Shown here: positions 61,493-64,000 of the stretch, one piece after another | Numbering within the stretch: the first letter of the stretch is position 1 | Layout of the letters: every line of letters begins with the position of its first letter | Source of the DNA: Acinetobacter phage Acj61 | Length of the DNA: 64,000 nucleotides | Sequence record: GU911519.1 | Direction: 5' to 3' (one strand) | Translations under genes and position numbers: made by a program | The notes under the pieces: model-generated | Told to the model about the DNA's origin: nothing | Database searches by the model: none | What the model saw: the letters and a program-made list of their open reading frames with translations, nothing else

Positions 61493-61900
61493 TTATGTCT
61501 TTGGTAACTTGTCTATCGGTTTGATTTCATCGGCTTTCCAAACTTTACCTTCAACATATGATTTGAACACAAGTTCTTCAGATTCTGACACACGTTTCAA
61601 ATCTCCAGAGATATCTACAGAGACATACACAATTTCACCGTTGCGAACACAGATTTCGCCTAGACGTTGACATTGGTCATTGTAGATCGTCGCAATTAGA
61701 TTTGAATTCGTGCGAGTTTCATATGACAAGATATGAACGTACCCAATAACAGTAGGCTCAACAATGGTTTCTTCAATGAATAACCACTTTTTCTTAGTGA
61801 CTAACTGATTCCATTGTAAGGCGTGAAAGCCTTGATTAAGAGATTGTAGTCGTTTGATTGCACTTAACATATCATACTCCAGTTTGTTTTGATAGTTCAT
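61493..61900 (-). CDS. hypothetical protein
   Basis: 135-aa ORF. Confidence 0.45.
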   Translation of the reverse strand: MNYQNKLEYDMLSAIKRLQSLNQGFHALQWNQLVTKKKWLFIEETIVEPTVIGYVHILSYETRTNSNLIATIYNDQCQRLGEICVRNGEIVYVSVDISGDLKRVSESEELVFKSYVEGKVWKADEIKPIDKLPKT

Positions 61901-61937
61901 TATACCACAAAAGACAGTTTGAAGTAAACTGCCTTTT
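61890..61937 (-). promoter_or_regulatory. early promoter cassette with -35 in stem-loop
   Basis: gacagttt-gaagt-aaactgcc hairpin; -10 61899-904; 18-nt spacer. Confidence 0.5.
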
Positions 61938-61941
61938 TCAA

Positions 61942-62244
61942 TTAATTTTGTGGTGGGTCAACATCGTATCCCATTTCGTATAACGTTGACTGCAAATTTT
62001 TGATTCGTACTATGTTGTCGTCAATGAATACGACAGGGTACATGATTTGTCGGTTAGGAAACTTTGCTCGTTTGACTAATGAATCTATTAACTCGGTGTT
62101 GTACACAGGGAAGTCATCTTCACCTCGAGTCACCACCTTATGAAATTCAAATTCAATTCCAGCCTCACTGAACAATCGTTTTGCTGCTATGCAGCCTCCA
62201 CATCGAAAATCTGATTCGTCGACTCCATAAATCTCAGCTTTCAT
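61942..62244 (-). CDS. nrdH: glutaredoxin-like protein NrdH
   Basis: MKAEIYGVDESDFRCGGCIAAKRLF... CxxC redoxin motif; ATGA overlap with gene 49. Confidence 0.7.
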   Translation of the reverse strand: MKAEIYGVDESDFRCGGCIAAKRLFSEAGIEFEFHKVVTRGEDDFPVYNTELIDSLVKRAKFPNRQIMYPVVFIDDNIVRIKNLQSTLYEMGYDVDPPQN

Positions 62245-62729
62245 TTCGCACCCTTCAAAAATAATTTGAGCCCTTTCTTAAAGATTGGAACTCGTTTGAC
62301 CTTAGTCGTTTTAGGTGGAAATTCGACATTGTATTTTGCAGCCATGTCGTCCATACCTTTAACATCAAGTCGAGAAAATAATTTAGACAAATCATTGACA
62401 AATTGAGGATGGATGTTGTGTTCTGAAAGGTCTTTGCGATAATATTCTGCTAATGTTTCTAACCAATCAGCAATATCGACTCCTTTCGTCTTTAATCCAG
62501 ACGTGTCAAATTTGTGTTTGATTTGTCCTTCTAATGAATTGCAGTACAAACAGAGAAGAGCTCGAACTTTACCGGCGTTAGGACCTTCTAGCGTGTGGTC
62601 ATGATCTAAATGATTTGAGGCGATGTCTTCGTTTAGTTCTCTTCCACAAATCGGACATAATCCATTCTGTTCTTGATACAAGCGTTCTTTCTCTGCAACA
62701 TAGAGCTTTCCAATAAGTAGAATATTCAT
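62241..62729 (-). CDS. 49: endonuclease VII (Holliday-junction resolvase)
   Basis: MNILLIGKLYVAEKERLYQEQNGLCPICGRELNEDIASNHLDHDHTLEGPNAGKVRALLC..C aligns with T4 gp49. Confidence 0.9.
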   Translation of the reverse strand: MNILLIGKLYVAEKERLYQEQNGLCPICGRELNEDIASNHLDHDHTLEGPNAGKVRALLCLYCNSLEGQIKHKFDTSGLKTKGVDIADWLETLAEYYRKDLSEHNIHPQFVNDLSKLFSRLDVKGMDDMAAKYNVEFPPKTTKVKRVPIFKKGLKLFLKGAK

Positions 62730-62759
62730 ACAATCCTCCGTAGATGATTGTATTTATTG

Positions 62760-63044
62760 TCAGATTTCCACTAATCGGATTGAATCATTCTTGTCGAATA
62801 AGCACCAATATTCTTCAAGAGCTTCAAAATTGTTGACATCAAAAATTTCTTGAGTTTCGATATCTTTGATCGATACGATTCCCCATTCATCTGGATGTCC
62901 ATCAAGCGTGTCTACTTCTAAAATCTCATAGACTTTGCCTGGGGTCAGGTTAGGCATAGACTGAACGAAAAATTGATTAGGTTCCATCCATGCTTTGTTG
63001 ATGATTAGATGTTGACCAACATCTGGTTTTATACGAATAGGCAT
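62760..63044 (-). CDS. hypothetical acidic protein (member of a three-gene paralogous array)
   Basis: 94 aa ...EEYWCLFDKNDSIRLVEI. Confidence 0.45.
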   Translation of the reverse strand: MPIRIKPDVGQHLIINKAWMEPNQFFVQSMPNLTPGKVYEILEVDTLDGHPDEWGIVSIKDIETQEIFDVNNFEALEEYWCLFDKNDSIRLVEI

Positions 63045-63337
63045 TATTTCTCCACAAATTCAAATTCGGCTGTTACGTCAGTGTAGACGAAGCACCAGTA
63101 ATCATGAGCAGGACGCTGATCTTCAGGTAATCGACCTAGTTCAGCAATATCAAAGAAGGCACCAGTTGCAGTGTCACGAAGTTTTGTGATACCAAAATCG
63201 TTTTCGTCTTCCGTTAAATATTCGGTTCCGACGATTTCATATGTCGCATCAGCACTTAGTTCCGGGAATAGCTTAACTAGCCCATCAACTTCGTTTTCAA
63301 AAAATGCTTCAGTTAAAGTAATAAACTTAGACGGCAT
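63044..63337 (-). CDS. hypothetical acidic protein (paralogue)
   Basis: From MPSKFITLTEAFFENE...; ends ...YWCFVYTDVTAEFEFVEK; GGAG RBS; track N-terminal extension runs through terminator hairpin. Confidence 0.45.
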   Translation of the reverse strand: MPSKFITLTEAFFENEVDGLVKLFPELSADATYEIVGTEYLTEDENDFGITKLRDTATGAFFDIAELGRLPEDQRPAHDYWCFVYTDVTAEFEFVEK

Positions 63338-63344
63338 AATAGGC

Positions 63345-63366
63345 TCCAAAAGGGACCGAAGTCCCA
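63345..63366 (-). terminator. rho-independent terminator, UUCG loop
   Basis: gggac-cgaa-gtccc then UUUUGGAGCC (GGAG serves as next gene's RBS). Confidence 0.55.
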
Positions 63367-63383
63367 ATTTAATCGATTGATAA

Positions 63384-63713
63384 TTAGAACTCAACTATTT
63401 CAAATCGTTCTGCACTAAATTCTGAAAAGAATGCCCAGAAGTCATCCTTTTCATCGAGATACACATCATCAATATCGATGACTTTACCAGTTTTAGCGTG
63501 ACGAAGCTGAGTAGCTCCAATTGTTAATTCAAGAATTTCAGTGTGTTCGTCTTCAGCCATTGAATCACGAGTTTTAATAACAAAGAACTCGTCAGAAGTT
63601 CCGAGTAAAGGTTCATTTTTAACTAACTTGCGCATGTCTTTTCGGAAAGTTTCAGTTAAAGTAACAAGAGTGCCTGTACGAAATTTTACTGGGTTAAGAG
63701 CTGAAGTAGTCAT
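63384..63713 (-). CDS. hypothetical acidic protein (paralogue)
   Basis: 109 aa ...DDFWAFFSEFSAERFEIVEF. Confidence 0.45.
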   Translation of the reverse strand: MTTSALNPVKFRTGTLVTLTETFRKDMRKLVKNEPLLGTSDEFFVIKTRDSMAEDEHTEILELTIGATQLRHAKTGKVIDIDDVYLDEKDDFWAFFSEFSAERFEIVEF

Positions 63714-63762
63714 AATATCTCCAAATGTTTGGGTTCAATTCGTTAAAAGTATATTGTAAACC

Positions 63763-64000
63763 TTATTTCGATTTAGCAATATGGGTTCGTAATTCGTTAA
63801 AGCCACCAATGTGTTTTTCATCTTCAAATACAACTGGCAAACTGAGACCTACAATCGAGGTACGTCTAAGTTTTTGAAGCAAATCTGCAATGATCTCATC
63901 ATTAAAGACCGGGCCTTCTTCATTTTTTGAATCGGCTAAAGACACAAATTCAAATTCACGTTTCTTTGCAGTACAGAGACGTTTTGCTCCATCACAATTG
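63763..64000 (-). CDS. nrdC: thioredoxin/glutaredoxin NrdC, partial (N-terminus beyond window end)
   Basis: ...CNCDGAKRLCTAKKREFEFVSLADSK...TSIVGLSLPVVFEDEKHIGGFNELRTHIAKSK aligns with T4 NrdC (CVYCDNAKRLL...IGGFDQLREYFK). Confidence 0.8.
   Translation of the reverse strand, partial: NCDGAKRLCTAKKREFEFVSLADSKNEEGPVFNDEIIADLLQKLRRTSIVGLSLPVVFEDEKHIGGFNELRTHIAKSK

Noticed and set aside
2431-61937. Possibility that the repeated ~45-bp elements form a CRISPR array
   Set aside because: Spacing is irregular (0.3-5 kb), the 'spacers' are protein-coding genes, and the repeats are not identical. They are promoter/terminator cassettes.
208-63759. All plus-strand ORFs in the track (e.g. 208-402, 4543-4977, 5640-5972, 25841-26203, 47440-47934)
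   Set aside because: Each lies antisense within a well-supported minus-strand gene, lacks an RBS and has odd composition. The whole window is transcribed leftward apart from one possible promoter at 18863-18892.
1-64000. tRNA or rRNA genes
   Set aside because: No stretch with cloverleaf-like base-pairing pattern or rRNA-like conservation was recognised by eye. A tRNAscan-SE/Infernal run would be needed to exclude small tRNAs in the longer gaps.

Overview
This window is a T4-type (Tevenvirinae-like) myovirus genome segment running from the stop codon of rIIA (position 1) to the interior of nrdC (position 64000). About 115 genes are packed on the minus strand. Recognisable T4 core genes, in T4 order, are: rIIA, a fused gp39/gp60 topoisomerase II subunit, dexA, dda, gp56 dCTPase, gp61 primase, gp41 helicase, gp42 dCMP hydroxymethylase, gp43 DNA polymerase (split into two cistrons by a ~4 kb insertion), regA, gp62/gp44 clamp loader, gp45 clamp, rpbA, gp46/gp47 recombination nuclease, gp55 late sigma factor, nrdH, gp49 endonuclease VII and nrdC. 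Between these lie hyperplastic accessory regions dense in small ORFs. Accessory cargo includes RNA ligase 2, a GH24 lysozyme, a YgiC/GspS-like ATP-grasp ligase, an SMR (EmrE-like) transporter, a macro-domain protein next to a PNK-like P-loop kinase, and a DprA-like protein. Two modules stand out. One is an Adps (Prs-like) + Namat (NAMPT-like) pair matching the NARP1 NAD+-reconstitution anti-defense module. The other is a sugar-nucleotide/glycosyltransferase cluster (KpsF-type arabinose-5-P isomerase, HAD phosphatase, fused sugar-kinase/nucleotidyltransferase, two GT-B paralogs) inserted around gene 42 that predicts glycosylated, probably arabinosylated, hmC DNA. The most pervasive non-coding signal is a family of >30 repeated cassettes of the PeSL (promoter-early stem-loop) type: a stem-loop carrying a GTTTAC(T/A) -35, then 17 bp, then TATAAT, often flanked by a covarying palindrome and conserved leaders. 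These alternate with rho-independent terminators that use UUCG-type tetraloops. One cassette is inverted onto the plus strand next to a perfect 20-bp inverted repeat. No rRNA, tRNA or CRISPR was recognised. All coordinates were derived by hand and should be treated as +/- a few nt; no database search or computation was run.
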